A stretch of DNA of 64,000 nucleotides, taken from NCBI GenBank assembly GCA_964016885.1, contig CAXHJY010000333.1:1-64000 (forward strand). The letters are read 5' to 3'. Position numbers and translations under genes: made by a program. This document shows positions 47,299-63,140 of the stretch, piece after piece. The DNA comes from Eledone cirrhosa. Lineage: Eukaryota. Every line of letters begins with the position of its first letter. The stretch's first letter is position 1. The notes beneath the pieces are model-generated. The model was not told the DNA's origin. It saw only the letters and a program-made list of their open reading frames with translations, and did not search any database.

Positions 47299-48311
47299 TC
47301 TGTATATATATAAAATTAAGTATGTGTGTGTGTCTGTGTATTACCTACAGGGGCCTACATCTTACGACCGATTTTCATGAAACTTTACAGGCTCATAGAT
47401 TAGTCATCGGGGAGTGTTTTCTATATATCAGCGTATCGTGTTTTTATTCTCGGATCATTCTGCAGATAAAAATCGATGGGGGGGGGGGGGGATCACCTAT
47501 TTTTTAGGTATCGAAAAATAAGATTTTTGGCTCTAGCTCCCACATTTTGCCACCGACTTCGTTCAAATGTTAAAGGAAAATAGAATTTATTATTGCACAG
47601 CCTGTAATGGCTTTATATTTTGCATTTGTTGTTCAGGGACAGCTTCGCAGCCGCTTAAATATCCAAAAATACCACTTTTAGACTCAAATTTCATTTTTGG
47701 CTCTAGCTCCCACATTAATCAACCTACTTTGTTCAAATTTTACACTACGCTAGATCTGATTATTTCACGTCTTAAAGTGGCTTTACATTTTGAATTTTTT
47801 GTTCAGGAACGGCGTAACAGCCGCTTAAATGTTCGAAAATACCACCTTTTCGCTCAAATTCCCGCCTTTTCGGCTCTAGCTCCCACATTTTTCAACCGAT
47901 TTCGTTCAAATTCGAAACTTCGGTTCCACCTCACACATAAATCAAATTTATTTGGTTCAACTTTTATACTACGATAGAACCCATTATTGCATATCTTATA
48001 GATGGTCAAAGGCAAAACGATGGCCACTGACGTCGTCTGAGCTTTCAGTTGTGTATCTGAGAATTCATCGCTTTCCAATCAAGTAGCGTGAGAAAATTTG
48101 GCTTAGTGTTAGAGGTCATTACCTCCCTCCCCCAGCATGCCCCTTCGTCAGTCACCCGCATTTCTCAGTGATAGAGGTCATCACCACCCTCCCCCGCATG
48201 GCCTGTGTGTGGTCATATATGAGTCATCGAGAAGCAGTCGCTAAGATCAACGCCTTTTCATCAAGGCAGATATTATTTTACCTACCCAGGAAACGCTGGG
48301 TACTGCTGCTA

Positions 48312-48312
<1 letters not shown>
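47299..48312 (+). mobile_element. Non-autonomous Helitron
   Basis: A|TC 5' end (TCTGTATATATATAAAA), 3' hairpin TACCCAG-GAAACG-CTGGGTA (48283-48302) then CTAG|T; three internal ~172-bp repeats marked by GGCTCTAGCTCCCACATT. Confidence 0.8.
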
Positions 48313-48361
<49 letters not shown>

Positions 48362-48693
48362 AATGTGTGTGTTTGTCTATATTTATATCCCGTTTACATT
48401 TTGTTTTACTTTCATTCACTTCTTCGTTTCTGAAGCAACAACTTGCTTAGATAGATTAAGGTTTGATCATAATCTTTATTGCTAATGTCGGAACACAAAG
48501 CATTTACATGACTAAACAGCTTCCTAACAGGCTTTTAGTTTTCTTCTTGGCAGTCATCTTGAAATATCTTTCTTTATATAGTTATTGCCTATATATATAT
48601 ATATATATTATGCCTTATTTATTTGTTTGTATATATAATTTTATATATGTATATATTCTTTCTTTTTTGTTTATTTCCGTGTGTGAAAATATT

Positions 48694-48740
<47 letters not shown>

Positions 48741-48978
48741 AAATGTATATTTATGTATATATATATATGTAAATTTATATATATATGTATATATGTAAAT
48801 ATATATATAAATATATATGTATATACGTAAATATATATATATATATATATACATATGTAGGAGGTGAGTTTTATTGTAGCACAATAAAGCAATGCAAATA
48901 TCGGATAAGTACCACTCTACAGTTTGTAGGATTGGAGTATAAATAATAGAAGATCAAATGAAGGTTAAAAGAGTTCCA

Positions 48979-49204
48979 AGTATTTTATTATGTGCATTTC
49001 AAAAACAAATATCATCATGGGATGATATCTGCGTTCTCATCAGATAATATAGGGTTACATGATATGAAGCTTAAAAATCACTTGTGAATAGTGAAGTTTT
49101 AAATCAACATATATTGAATATCATGAATCCCTATTTTATTTGATGAGAACGGAGATATCATCCCATGATGATATTTGTTTTTGAAATGCGCATAATAAAA
49201 TACT
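48979..49204. ncRNA. Head-to-head pair of hammerhead ribozymes
   Basis: Plus 49132-49202: TATTTTAT-TTGATGA-[AGATATCATC/GATGATATTT stem]-GAA-ATGCGCAT-A-ATAAAATA. The minus copy at 48981-49051 has a canonical CTGATGA. Confidence 0.8.
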
Positions 49205-49667
49205 GGGTAATTGCTGGCCTAGTGCCTAAAGTAGAAACAATTATATATATACATATACATATATATGTATATAAGTAAATATATATACATATATACATAT
49301 ATACATATATATATATACATATATATAAATATGTATATATGTAAATATAGATAAATATATACATATATATATGTATATATGTAAATATATATATACATAT
49401 ACACAAATATATATATGTATATGTATATGTAAATATATATATATATATACATACATATATACATATATATAAATATGTATATATGTAAATATAGATATAT
49501 ATACATATATATATATGTATATATATACATGTATATGTATATGTAAATATATATGTATATGTATATGTAAATATATATATATACATATATACATATATAT
49601 ATGTATATATGTAAATATAGATATATATACATATATATATATGTGTAATATGTAATTATATATATAC

Positions 49668-49710
<43 letters not shown>

Positions 49711-49728
49711 TATAAATAGGTATATATG

Positions 49729-49767
<39 letters not shown>

Positions 49768-50189
49768 GTGTGTGTATGCATGTATATATGTATGTATATA
49801 TGTGTGTAAATATGTATATATGCATGTACATATGTATATATATTTGTATATATATCTATATATATATATACAGATATATCTACAAATATATATATATATA
49901 TATTATATATAGTTTGTTTGTGTAATTGTCTCGATAACCGTTTTGTCTATATTTATCTCCTCCGTATCTGTTATGCTGTTTAGATTTTGAGAAAAGGAAA
50001 AACACAACACAAATAACAACACCGACCAATAGTGGGAAGATATGAGGTCGGGGGTGGTGATGAATGGAGACGTAAAGGGGGTAGGAACGCTGAGGAGAGC
50101 AGACGAGACGCTGATATACATATATATATATATATATAATGTGTGTGTGTGTGTACATATATGTATGGGTATATGTATGTGTGTATATG

Positions 50190-50232
<43 letters not shown>

Positions 50233-50442
50233 ATATATGTATGGGTATATGTATATATGTGTGTATATGTATATATAAGTGTGTGTGTGTGTGTCTATAC
50301 ATATAGACACACACACACACACGTGTGTGCATATATGTATATGTATGTATGTATGAATGTATATATGTATGTATGTATGTATATATGTATGTATGTATAT
50401 ATGTATGTATATATATAAAAATATATATATATATATAAATAA

Positions 50443-50540
<98 letters not shown>

Positions 50541-50550
50541 ATATATATAT

Positions 50551-50699
<149 letters not shown>

Positions 50700-50805
50700 T
50701 ATATATATATATATATATAAAAATATATATATATATATATATATAAAAATATATATATATATATATATATAAAAATATATATATATATATATATATAAAA
50801 ATATA

Positions 50806-51217
50806 TACAATATTAAATAAATGGAAAACTATATTTATAAAACCATATTTATTTCATTATATATATTTCGGGGATATCATATTAACAATATGCTATGCCT
50901 TCATCAGACAAAATAGGTCAAAAGGTCTGTAAAATACAGCTCATCTCCATTTTTTTCCATCAAGTGTGACCACACGAGGGCCAAACAAGAGTGAACCTCT
51001 TCAACTGAAGTTGATGTTTATTACGGTATGTCGAATATATTTATCTATAAAACTGTTTATATTGTATTTTGTCTGATGAAGGCATAGCATATTGTTAATA
51101 TGATATCCCCGAAATATATATAATGAAATAAATATGGTTTTATAAATATAGTTTTCCATTTATTTAATATTGTAAATATACTCCAAATATTTGTCGAGTG
51201 CTTTTATATCAGTTATA

Positions 51218-51221
<4 letters not shown>
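50806..51221 (+). mobile_element. Family B PLE end with two HHRs head-to-head
   Basis: ~50806-50915 is the reverse complement of ~51065-51174; TATTTTGT-CTGATGA(51073)...GAA-ATATATAT-A-ATGAAATA. Confidence 0.87.
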
Positions 51222-51252
<31 letters not shown>

Positions 51253-51369
51253 GTATTAAAGGAGAGCTGGATTCACATGAGTAAATACATACAATTGTGG
51301 GAAGACCGGGAAGGAAAATATAGAAATAAATATATCAAACAGTAGTAAATACTTACTTAATCTTAGTTG

Positions 51370-51545
51370 ACATCTTCACCGTTCAACGTCCATTTTCCAT
51401 GCTTGCATGGATTAGATATGTCACCCACGTTATGAGACAAGTCTGCCCAGTTAGTTGCGCCGTACCTTGCTCATACGGAACTGTAATTTCACTGGGAATT
51501 TTACAGCTGGATGCCCTTCCTAACACCAGTCCATGTTTACAGTTT
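51370..51545 (-). mobile_element. Fragment of a second SINE family
   Basis: Minus strand AGGAAGGGCATCCAGCTGTAAAA and CCATGCAAGCATGGAAAATGGACGTTGAA, motifs I recognise from mollusc SINEs (not verified by search). Confidence 0.45.
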
Positions 51546-51665
51546 GGATCTGGATGGCACCGTTAAGAAGAGAGAGAGAGAGAGAGCCCAGTTGTCCGCA
51601 GAGTACCCTGCCCGCATCCGAATCATAGTTTGGGAGCTGGGGGTTCTCACTATGAGGGTAGTGTG

Positions 51666-51721
<56 letters not shown>

Positions 51722-51726
<5 letters not shown>

Positions 51727-51848
51727 CTTTTTTTACTTCTGGCACAAGGCCAGCAATTACCTAGTGTATTACTGGTACTTTATTTTATCGACCCCATAAG
51801 GATAAAAGGCAAAGTTAAACCTCGGCTGGATTTGAACTCAGAATGGCA
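51722..51848 (-). mobile_element. SINE 3' part
   Basis: Reverse complement of core and tail. Confidence 0.85.
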
Positions 51849-52142
51849 TATATATATATATGATGAAAGGAAGATTTGTTATGTCTTCATTACTTTTATT
51901 GAATAGTGACGCGCGGTTCGCTATTGATCAGCTCAAGGCTCGATCTGTCCCGACTCTTGAATCAAAAGTTCGTTGGACCTCTGCTGTGCTAATGAGAGTA
52001 ACTGCACGTTACTCCCCCTAGATATATGTATGTATGTATGTATATATATATATATATATAACATGTGTGTGTGTGTGTGTGCGCGCGTATACATCCGTTT
52101 ATGTAAGTACACATATACAGGTGTGTGTTTGTCTATATATAT

Positions 52143-52241
<99 letters not shown>

Positions 52242-52534
52242 GTGAATACAGATACATAAGTCTAAGCCTATGGTCACAACTGACATGTCTTTGACCACTG
52301 ATCTTTGACCATTAGTCAGTGTTGCAGAGACACCAGTTATTTTGTCTACTAAAAAATATACCAGTCCCTCGATTTTTGTGTTTTTAAACCTTTTGATTCT
52401 AACGCCGATCCAGGTTTATATTGGAGGCATTGCGTAGGATGGTCACGGCTGGAATTCCACTATCTGATTTATCAACTAAGTTGCAATGGAGTAGTATAGG
52501 GTGCCGCAATGCCATACGGTGTTTCTCGGGTAAT

Positions 52535-52640
52535 CCCACTGAGGTTAGGTTTGCCTTCATCTTTACAGATCTCGATAAAATAAAGTACCAGTAACACACT
52601 GGGGTCGATTTAATTGATTTACCCCTTCCCTTCAAATTGT
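52535..52640 (+). mobile_element. Diverged SINE fragment
   Basis: TTTGCCTTCATC...CGATAAAATAAAGTACCAGT. Confidence 0.75.
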
Positions 52641-52824
52641 TTCTAAGTGAAATACCATTTTGAACGTGGCTGAGCCCATCCCAGAAGTCATGAATTAAAC
52701 GAATAGAAATTATAACTCAGAACGTCAAAACTGCTTTTACTAAAATGCCAACAATGTATTTAGCCTTTCACTTTACTGTCTCTCTACACTCCAGGGATCT
52801 TTGTAAAATGTTCAACTATAATAG

Positions 52825-54810
52825 AAACACTAATTACCTGTTAAATAGTTTTGGCCCATTACACACCTTCACTTTAAATTAGCTTTCACATCTAACCATC
52901 TGCTGGCTTTGTTGCACTCTATCGCTTAATCACTTCTATTTTATGTTTTATCGTGAGGGAGATGATGATAGAAGAGATAATATTGATGTGATGTTGTTTT
53001 TGGTGGTGGTGTTAAGGATAATGGCGATGGAGTGGAGGCGGTCGTGGCAAGGGGAGGGATATAGCGAATAAAAGGAGTGTTCAGGTTATATGAAAATAAA
53101 TACAAAAAATGTCAAAGTCACCCATGAATCGAGTATACATTTTCGTAAAAAAACCTTCATCAAAATTTTCTTTTAATTTTTTCTAAATATTTTTCAAAAT
53201 TCTTCAAAATTTTCTTTAACGATTTTCTCATAACTTTTAAAAACTTTTCATCAAAAATATTCTAAAAATATTCTCAAATATTTAATCAAAGTACGTCCTT
53301 AAATTTTCATCAAAAACCATCCTTAAACATTTTCAAAAATTTTCTGAAAGTTTTTCCCAGAAATTTTCTCTAAAATTCAATCAAAATGTTTTCCCAAACA
53401 TTTCTCTGTGAACTCTCGTTAAATTTGTTTTATATATCTAAAAAGTTTCCTAAAAAGTATCCAGGAAACTCTTTCAAAAGTTCTACATAAAAAATTAGGA
53501 AACATTTTTGAAAAGATTTTTCGTGAAGCTTTTTGAAAATATTTTGATAAAATAAAAAAAATAAAAATTTAACGAATTTTGACAAATAATTTAGGAAATT
53601 TTTAATAAAACTTTTGAAAAGATTTTTGAAAAGTTATAGAATAATTTTAAAAAAAATATTGAACATCTTTTGAAAAAAAATTGAGAAATATTTACTTAGC
53701 AATTGTTTAAATTTTAGAAAAGATTTTCAAAAATATTTTTAAAATGTTTTGAAGAAAACTTTTTGAACAATTTTCGAATAGAATGTGCCGAAAATTTTTG
53801 AGATTTTTGGTGAAATGTTTTCGAAAATATTGAGGAAAATGTCAGAGAAATCTTTTAGGTAGATGTATTTTAAATTTCGAGAAATATTTTTGATAAAATG
53901 TTGGGGAAGATTATGGTGAAAAATTAAATAAAGAATTCGGTAACATGTTTAAGAAAGTTTTGATGATTTTGTTTTCAAAAAAATTCAGTAATATTTTTTA
54001 GAAAACATTCAAAATTTTTTCAAACATCTTCTTTGATTTGAGAAAATATTAAAGAAAATGTTCCTCAAAATATTTCAAAACTTTTCCCAAACAATTCAGA
54101 GATTTTTATCAAATGTTTAACAATAATACAAGCACTAATTATCTGAAAATAATAGTTTTGGACCATTAAGACACATTTTTAGGTAGATGTATTTTAAATT
54201 CCGAGCGGTATTTTTGATGAAATGTTTGGGAAGATTCTGGTGAAAAATTAAAAATGAAGTTCTGTAACATGTTTAAGAAAGTTTTGATGATATGTTTTTC
54301 AAAAACACTCAGGAATATTTTTGAGAAAACATTTAAAATTTCTTCAAACATCTTAAATATTTGAGAAAATATTAAATTAAATGTTTCTCAAAATATTTCA
54401 AAATTTATCCCAAACAATTCAGAGATTGTTATCAAATGTTTAACAATAATACAAGCACTAATTATCTGAAAATAATAGTTTGGGACCATTACACACATTC
54501 ACTTTAAATTAGCTTTCAAATCTAACCATCTGCTGGCTCTGTTACACTCTATCGCCCATTCAGTTTTATTTTACATTATTCTTTTTTATATCAAATGTAC
54601 GTTTGAATAGAAACAAGTTAAACTTTTTTCGTTGGTTGTAATGGAGGTGATGATAGCAGAGATAATGGTGATTGAAGTGGTGGTGGCAGCGGCGGCTACA
54701 ATGGTGATGAGTTTGTGGCGGTCATGGTAGTGGTGGGGAAGAGAGAACAATAAGGATTGTTCAGGTTATGGGAAAGTAAAAATAAACATGTCAAAGTTAC
54801 ACATGAACCG
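52825..54810. repeat. Local duplications around an AT-rich fold-back region
   Basis: 52825-53130 resembles 54455-54810; 53853-54168 resembles 54177-54490 (324-bp period). Confidence 0.8.
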
Positions 54811-55069
54811 TGTAAAAACTACTGTAGTGTGTAAGAAGATAATGTGTGAGTGATAGACTTAATCTGTGACTGGGTTAAACACCAACCAACCACCTGGCGC
54901 CTAAAGGGTGGCTTTAGTTGAGTCCAAACGGTTGCGCACATTCATGTGAGGTCTCTGGCCTCAGAATAATTTCCTCCCACCAATTATTTCCGTCCACACT
55001 TAACAAATAGCTCCATACTTTATCCACAAAGCTGTTACTATAATCGGCAATATGAAGCTGAGTATTTGA

Positions 55070-56373
55070 AAAGAAAAGATTGGAGATGCAATATATTGTC
55101 AAACGTCTACCAACTTTAAACAGGATCTGTCAGTACAAAGAGGCTAGGTAAAGATTCACAACAGAGACATTACCAGTCTGAGAGAGAGAATATTTTGAAG
55201 ATGATCTTCTAAACAAGATCTGTCTGTACATGGAGTTTATGAAGAGATTCAACAACAGAAATATTACCAGTCTGAGAGAAATAACACATCTTGAAGATAG
55301 TCTTTAAAAGTCTACCAATATTGGATATGCAATATATTATTAAATATCTACCAACTATAAATAAGATATTTCAATACATGGAGATTACGGAAACTTTACC
55401 AGTTTGAGAGAGAACAGTCTCTCAAACTTTTAGTCGTAAAAAATCTACCAAGACAGGAGATACAATATATCGTCAATACCAACTACATACAATATCTTTC
55501 AGTACATGGAGGCTAGAAAAAGATTCAATAACATAAACATTACCAGTCTGAAAGAGAGGACATCTTGAAGATGATTATTTTAAATAAAATCTACCAAGAT
55601 TAGACATAGAATAAATCATCAAAGATATACCAACTTTAAACATTACCATTCTGAAAGAGAAGACATCTTGAAGCTGATCATTAAAAAACTATCAAGATTG
55701 GAGATGCAATATATTGTCAAATATCTACCAACTATAAATAAGAAATTTCAGTACATGGAGGTTATGAAAAGATTCAAGAACAGAAACATTACCAGTCTGA
55801 GAGAGGGGACATCTTGAAGATGGTCTTGTAGCAAGAGTTGCCTCCCTTGTTATGACGTCACATCAGCAGCAGCGCTGGTACAAATAAAAGTCTGACAGCA
55901 TCGTCCGAAGAAACTAGACGTCAATAGCATCGCTCTGGCGATTAACCACGTGATGGGATCCCCACCATGGAACCTTCACGTGCTAATCAATTCAGTCCAT
56001 TCTTTGGGACATTAAACATCCAGGTATGACTTAACTCTTATGCACACACCACTCCATCAATAAAACCTTTGTTACGTTAAAAACCCACGTTGTTATAATT
56101 GGTGACCCCAATTATAAAATATAAAAGTCTACCAAGATTGGAGATACAATATATTGTCAAACGTCTACAAACTTTAAACAAGATCTCTCTGTATATGGTG
56201 GTTATGAAGAGTTTCAACAACGGACACTTTATCAGTCTGAGAGAGGGCATCTTGAAGATGGTCTTTAAAAGTTCACCAAGACAGGAGATACAATACATTG
56301 TCAAACATCTATCAACTTTAAACAAAATCTTTCAGTACATGGAGGCTAGGAAAAGATTCAACAACAGAAACAT
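55070..56373. repeat. Degenerate ~144-bp tandem repeat
   Basis: AAAAGTCTACCAAGATTGGAGATACAATAT...CATCTTGAAGATGGTCTTT recurring (e.g. 56123, 56267). Confidence 0.85.
55827..56109 (+). mobile_element. Probable LTR plus primer-binding-site stub inserted in the satellite
   Basis: Starts TGTAGC; AATAAA at 56059; ends ...GTTATA, then TGGTGACCCC (56100-56109), complementary to the eukaryotic tRNA-Trp 3' end. Confidence 0.55.
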
Positions 56374-56551
56374 GTAGCTGCTTTACAGCTTCCCTTGTTC
56401 TTCGCATTAAAAAAGAAATATTTTTGCTCTTTTTTTCTTTTTTGTATAACATTGGCTTTCCGTCTCTCTCTCGCTCTCTCTTGTTTTGGTTTCTTAACTC
56501 TAAGGGATACTAGGTACCTCATCTAGTCTCTTATAGCTTAGCTTACTAGCA

Positions 56552-56588
<37 letters not shown>

Positions 56589-56589
56589 G

Positions 56590-56671
<82 letters not shown>

Positions 56672-56797
56672 GAAAAGACAACTGAGTTCCGGCCGTTTGG
56701 ACAGCCGTCGTAGTCCTGAATCTTTTCATATTACCCACTCTACTACCCAAAGCATCGAGTACTCTGGTGCGTTATGGTCCACACCCTATTTGTTGTG

Positions 56798-56858
<61 letters not shown>

Positions 56859-57611
56859 ATATGAGGTGGGGGGGGGGGGTACAGGCTACCCATCTAGTCT
56901 GTCACGGCTTACTCACTCTATACAGACGTTTAAATTGATTATGTAAATATAATAGAGAAGATGACAATCAGCTATATAAAAACCTCATTGACCTTTACAA
57001 AACAGAACTAAACAATGGATGTTGTGGGTGACTATAAAAGACAAAAAATCTATATCTTACAATGGCGAGGGCTAGATTCAAGACTGGTGATGGTGGTGAT
57101 GGTCGTTGTCTTGGTGGTGGTGGTGGTGGTGGTTTTGATGGTGATGATGGTGGTGGTGATGGTTTTGGAGATGGTGATGATGATGGAGTTGATGGTGGTG
57201 ATTGAGATGATGATTGAGATGGTGATGGTGGAGATGATGGTGGTGATGATGATGGTGTTGTTGATGATGGTGATGGAGAGGAAGGAGAGGGAAAAGAAGT
57301 AGTGAAAAGAAAAAAAGAAATATGAGAACGAAAACGAAGAAGGAGAATAGGCAAAATAGTGATGAATTTAGTTGGTAGTCATGGTGGAACAAAGTAGATA
57401 GTTAGTCGTGTAGACAACAATCAAGGTCAAATTTGATTGGTCAATTACTTCCTTAAGATACACTATTGATTGGTCAATTTCTTTAAGATACACCATTAAA
57501 TCCCGCTAAGCTTCTTTTGATTCTCATTTGAAGAGGCGAAAGCAAAGCTTAAAGTACAAACACGAATACTGAAAATAAAGAGAGAAAAACTAAAATAATC
57601 GATATATAAAA

Positions 57612-57755
57612 AAAACATCAGTAATATAAACAAAACAACAGTAATATAAACAAAACAACAGTAATATAAACAAAACAACAGTAATATAAACAAAACAACA
57701 GTAATATAAACAAAACAACAGTAATATAAACAAAACATCAGTAATATAAACAACA
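57612..57755. repeat. 20-bp minisatellite, about 7 units
   Basis: CAGTAATATAAACAAAACAA. Confidence 0.95.
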
Positions 57756-57773
57756 ATAATAGTAATAAAAATA

Positions 57774-58112
57774 ATGGTTTCTACTATAGGCACATGGTCA
57801 GCAATTTTAGGGAAAGGAAAGTCGATGAAATCCACACCAGTGCATTACTGGTACCTTATTTAATTGATCCCGTAAGGATGAAGGTCAAAGTGAACCTCGC
57901 CGGAATTTCAACTCAGAATGTAAATAATGTCTCAAATATTGATTTCTTATATAGGCACAAAGCCAGCAATTTTGGGGGAGAGGAAAGTCGATTAAATCAA
58001 CCCCAGTGTGTGACTGGTACTTTATTTTATCGACCCCGTAAGGATGAAAGGCAAAGTTAACCTCCATGCTGCAAAGCATGGCATCCGCACCTCTATCGAT
58101 ACTGCCAATGGT
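57774..58112 (-). mobile_element. Two SINE copies (~57774-57920, 57950-58112)
   Basis: Reverse complement of the SINE core. Confidence 0.82.
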
Positions 58113-58196
58113 GCGAGGTCAGCCATTTTGAAGAATTCGGAAAGTCGATAAGATTATGAAGCAAATAACACACCTCCACACTGTAAAGTATATAGA

Positions 58197-58624
58197 CTGA
58201 CCAAGATACTCTCATGGAATGATCAAATGAAGGTTATTTTACAACATAGTCCCTGGAAAGAAACAATGCAGTTATTAATAGGAAGAGTTGAAATTAATGT
58301 ATGAAAGATTTCACAGCTCTAGCATCACTCCTTCATAAGCTGACTAAGATACTCTCATGGAATGACCAAGAGAGGTTTATTTTACAACATAGTCCCTGGA
58401 AAAAAATAACAATGCAGTTATTAATAAGAGTTGACGCTAATGCAAGCAAGATTTCACAGCTATATCATCTCTCCTTCATAGGCTGACCAAGATAGTCTCA
58501 TTCAATGACCAAATGAGGGTTATTTTACACAACATAGTCCCTAGAAGGATGGAATACAGTTATTAATGAGAAGAGCTGAAATGAATGCACGCACGATTTC
58601 ACAGCTCTAGCATCACTCCTTCAT
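58197..58624. repeat. Three 143-bp tandem units
   Basis: CTGAC(C/T)AAGATA at 58197, 58340 and 58483. Confidence 0.9.
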
Positions 58625-59039
58625 TCATAGTCCGCCTATGAACTGTTCAGCCGACATCTCATAGATAGATAGATAAATAGATAGATCGATAGATGGATTG
58701 TGTGATGGGTAAAAAGGGGGTCGGGGTTAGAAGTGGTGGAACGGGGAAACGTTGATGACGAAATAATTCTCACGTACTTCTATTGAAGCAATGGCAATAT
58801 CTGTAGATATTAAAATAGTGACTAGGAAGAAAAGATCTTTCGAGAACAAAACGAGAACAGCCATTGCTACAGCAGAGTAACAAAGACACCAAGAAATAGA
58901 TATCAGGGTGGTACAGGGGAAGAGGGGGGAGGACACACATATTTCGACAATGTTCTCTATGTCTGGAATCATCGATAAAATGCCATAACCTTCCTAGCCT
59001 TTTCATACCGAAATTGAATGAATCGACAATTAATTTGTT

Positions 59040-61560
<2,521 letters not shown>

Positions 61561-61938
61561 TGGAAAATGTGTGTAATCCTTGGTACAGTTAGGTATATTA
61601 ATTAAATATAAATTAAATTTATTTTCTTCACAAAATCCAAAAAGAATTTTTCTTAAAAAAAATTATTTTATAAATTAAGTTGTTGGTTGTTGGTTAGGTC
61701 TTAGGAGTTCTTGGTTAACGTAGGAGGTATTGTTTCGTTTTTAGAAAGACCTTTCACGCTGAGGTGCGCTTGTCAAACTGATGTGTATGGGGTGTGTTGT
61801 TCTATATATAGGGATTTAACATGTCTGTGGTGTGGTAGGGGTTTCTTTTCTCCCCCTTTAATAAGTGCATGTGTGTAGGTGTGTTGAAAAAGTGTTCATA
61901 GCAGTAATGAGTTGAGACGGTGAGTAATGAGTTGACAC
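61561..61938 (-). mobile_element. Probable inverted pseudo-LTR of the downstream PLE
   Basis: G/T-rich on plus (A/C-rich on minus, like the element's sense strand); minus-strand HHR-like TTGACAA-GCGC-ACCTCA-GCGT-GAAAGGTC at ~61748-61776. The matching 3' copy would lie beyond the window. Confidence 0.5.
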
Positions 61939-63140
61939 GTTCAAAATCCTCTACTGAATCCCTCAAATCGGATACACTACTACAGGAAATATCAGAAAAA
62001 CTCACCATAATAATAGATAAATATGATTCCCTTACGAATGCCGTACAAGAAATGGAACAACAAACACGCAGCTATAGGGAAAAACTTGATTCACTAATTA
62101 CAGACCGGCAAAAACAAGAACAAACCTTTTCTCCTGAATTAGCTACACATGAACAGAACTCCATCACCAATAATGCATTCAAAGAATGGAATGAACTGAA
62201 CCTAGAAAAAGAAGCCTACAGAAAAAGAAACCAAATGAAAAACATTTGGAACCCTTTATTAAATCAAAGGAAACAGGCATACTGGAAAGCCTTGAGGAGT
62301 GAAAACCTAGCAGACACATACGAAATATGGCTTAGCAAGGAACCAGTTATCCTCCCGAGAAAATTCCGAATTAAAGAAATACCATCGGAATCAAAGGAAG
62401 AAACTGCAACAAGACTAAATCTAGCACTCCAAACACTTGAGACCGAAATCACCCTACTCCGCCTAAGAGTGCCAAAATTCAAAGAGAAATTTGAAAAATG
62501 CGACACCACCATCCAAGAGGAAATAAATAAAAGAAGCAGCGGCAATGTACGTGAAAAACTCCTTAACCTATGGCAGACAGATACAACTAGAGAGGAGTTA
62601 AAATCAAAGAAAATCTTGGAGTCAAGAACTCAATGGCTTCAAGAATATGAAGATAACTATGAGAAAGACCAAATAAAACCCAGAAAACAAACCCATAGGA
62701 AACCCCAGAACTCAGGAAAATACAACAACACAAGAAATGAAGCACCCACACACAATAAACCAACAACAACCAGATATTGGGTAACCCCAAACACACAACT
62801 ACATACAGACCCAATACTCAACACCAGAACCAGATACAACCACTGCCATAACACCAAGAACAATCACCGGAGACAAAATCAAAGACACATGAATACTGAA
62901 CGAACCAACAGAAGAACCAGACCCCCATACAGCAACGGCCACGCAAGAGTCTATCGCCCAACCAGTTACCGACATGAAGTTCCGGCGGGCCAAAGGTTTC
63001 ACCACAACAGAAACACCCCTATCCCAAATGGCCCCTATTTTTTAGGACTAGGGGCCTCGCACCAAATGAAAGAAAAAAAGAAAAAAGCACCACCTTTCAA
63101 GTGGCACCTGACGAGAAAGAACCAATCGAACCAAAAATAA
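61920..63140 (+). CDS. PLE ORF1-like protein: coiled-coil N-terminal part, basic disordered C-terminus (true start uncertain)
   Basis: 406 open codons of non-repetitive sequence; heptad-like LLQEISEKLTIIIDKYDSLTNAVQEMEQ; overlaps the RT frame. Confidence 0.75.
   Translation: MSNELTRSKSSTESLKSDTLLQEISEKLTIIIDKYDSLTNAVQEMEQQTRSYREKLDSLITDRQKQEQTFSPELATHEQNSITNNAFKEWNELNLEKEAYRKRNQMKNIWNPLLNQRKQAYWKALRSENLADTYEIWLSKEPVILPRKFRIKEIPSESKEETATRLNLALQTLETEITLLRLRVPKFKEKFEKCDTTIQEEINKRSSGNVREKLLNLWQTDTTREELKSKKILESRTQWLQEYEDNYEKDQIKPRKQTHRKPQNSGKYNNTRNEAPTHNKPTTTRYWVTPNTQLHTDPILNTRTRYNHCHNTKNNHRRQNQRHMNTERTNRRTRPPYSNGHARVYRPTSYRHEVPAGQRFHHNRNTPIPNGPYFLGLGASHQMKEKKKKAPPFKWHLTRKNQSNQK
63038..63044 (+). 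promoter_or_regulatory. Candidate -1 ribosomal frameshift heptamer T_TTT_TTA
   Basis: Correct X_XXY_YYZ phase in ORF1 (TAT TTT TTA GGA); the -1 product enters the RT frame. Confidence 0.7.

Noticed and set aside
56099-56377. 92-aa ORF with a 48-aa repeat
   Set aside because: It is a translation of the 144-bp satellite, and other units carry indels and stops.
61920-61940. GTG as the true start of ORF1
   Set aside because: It lies in the probable inverted pseudo-LTR at the truncation junction, so the native N-terminus is likely missing.
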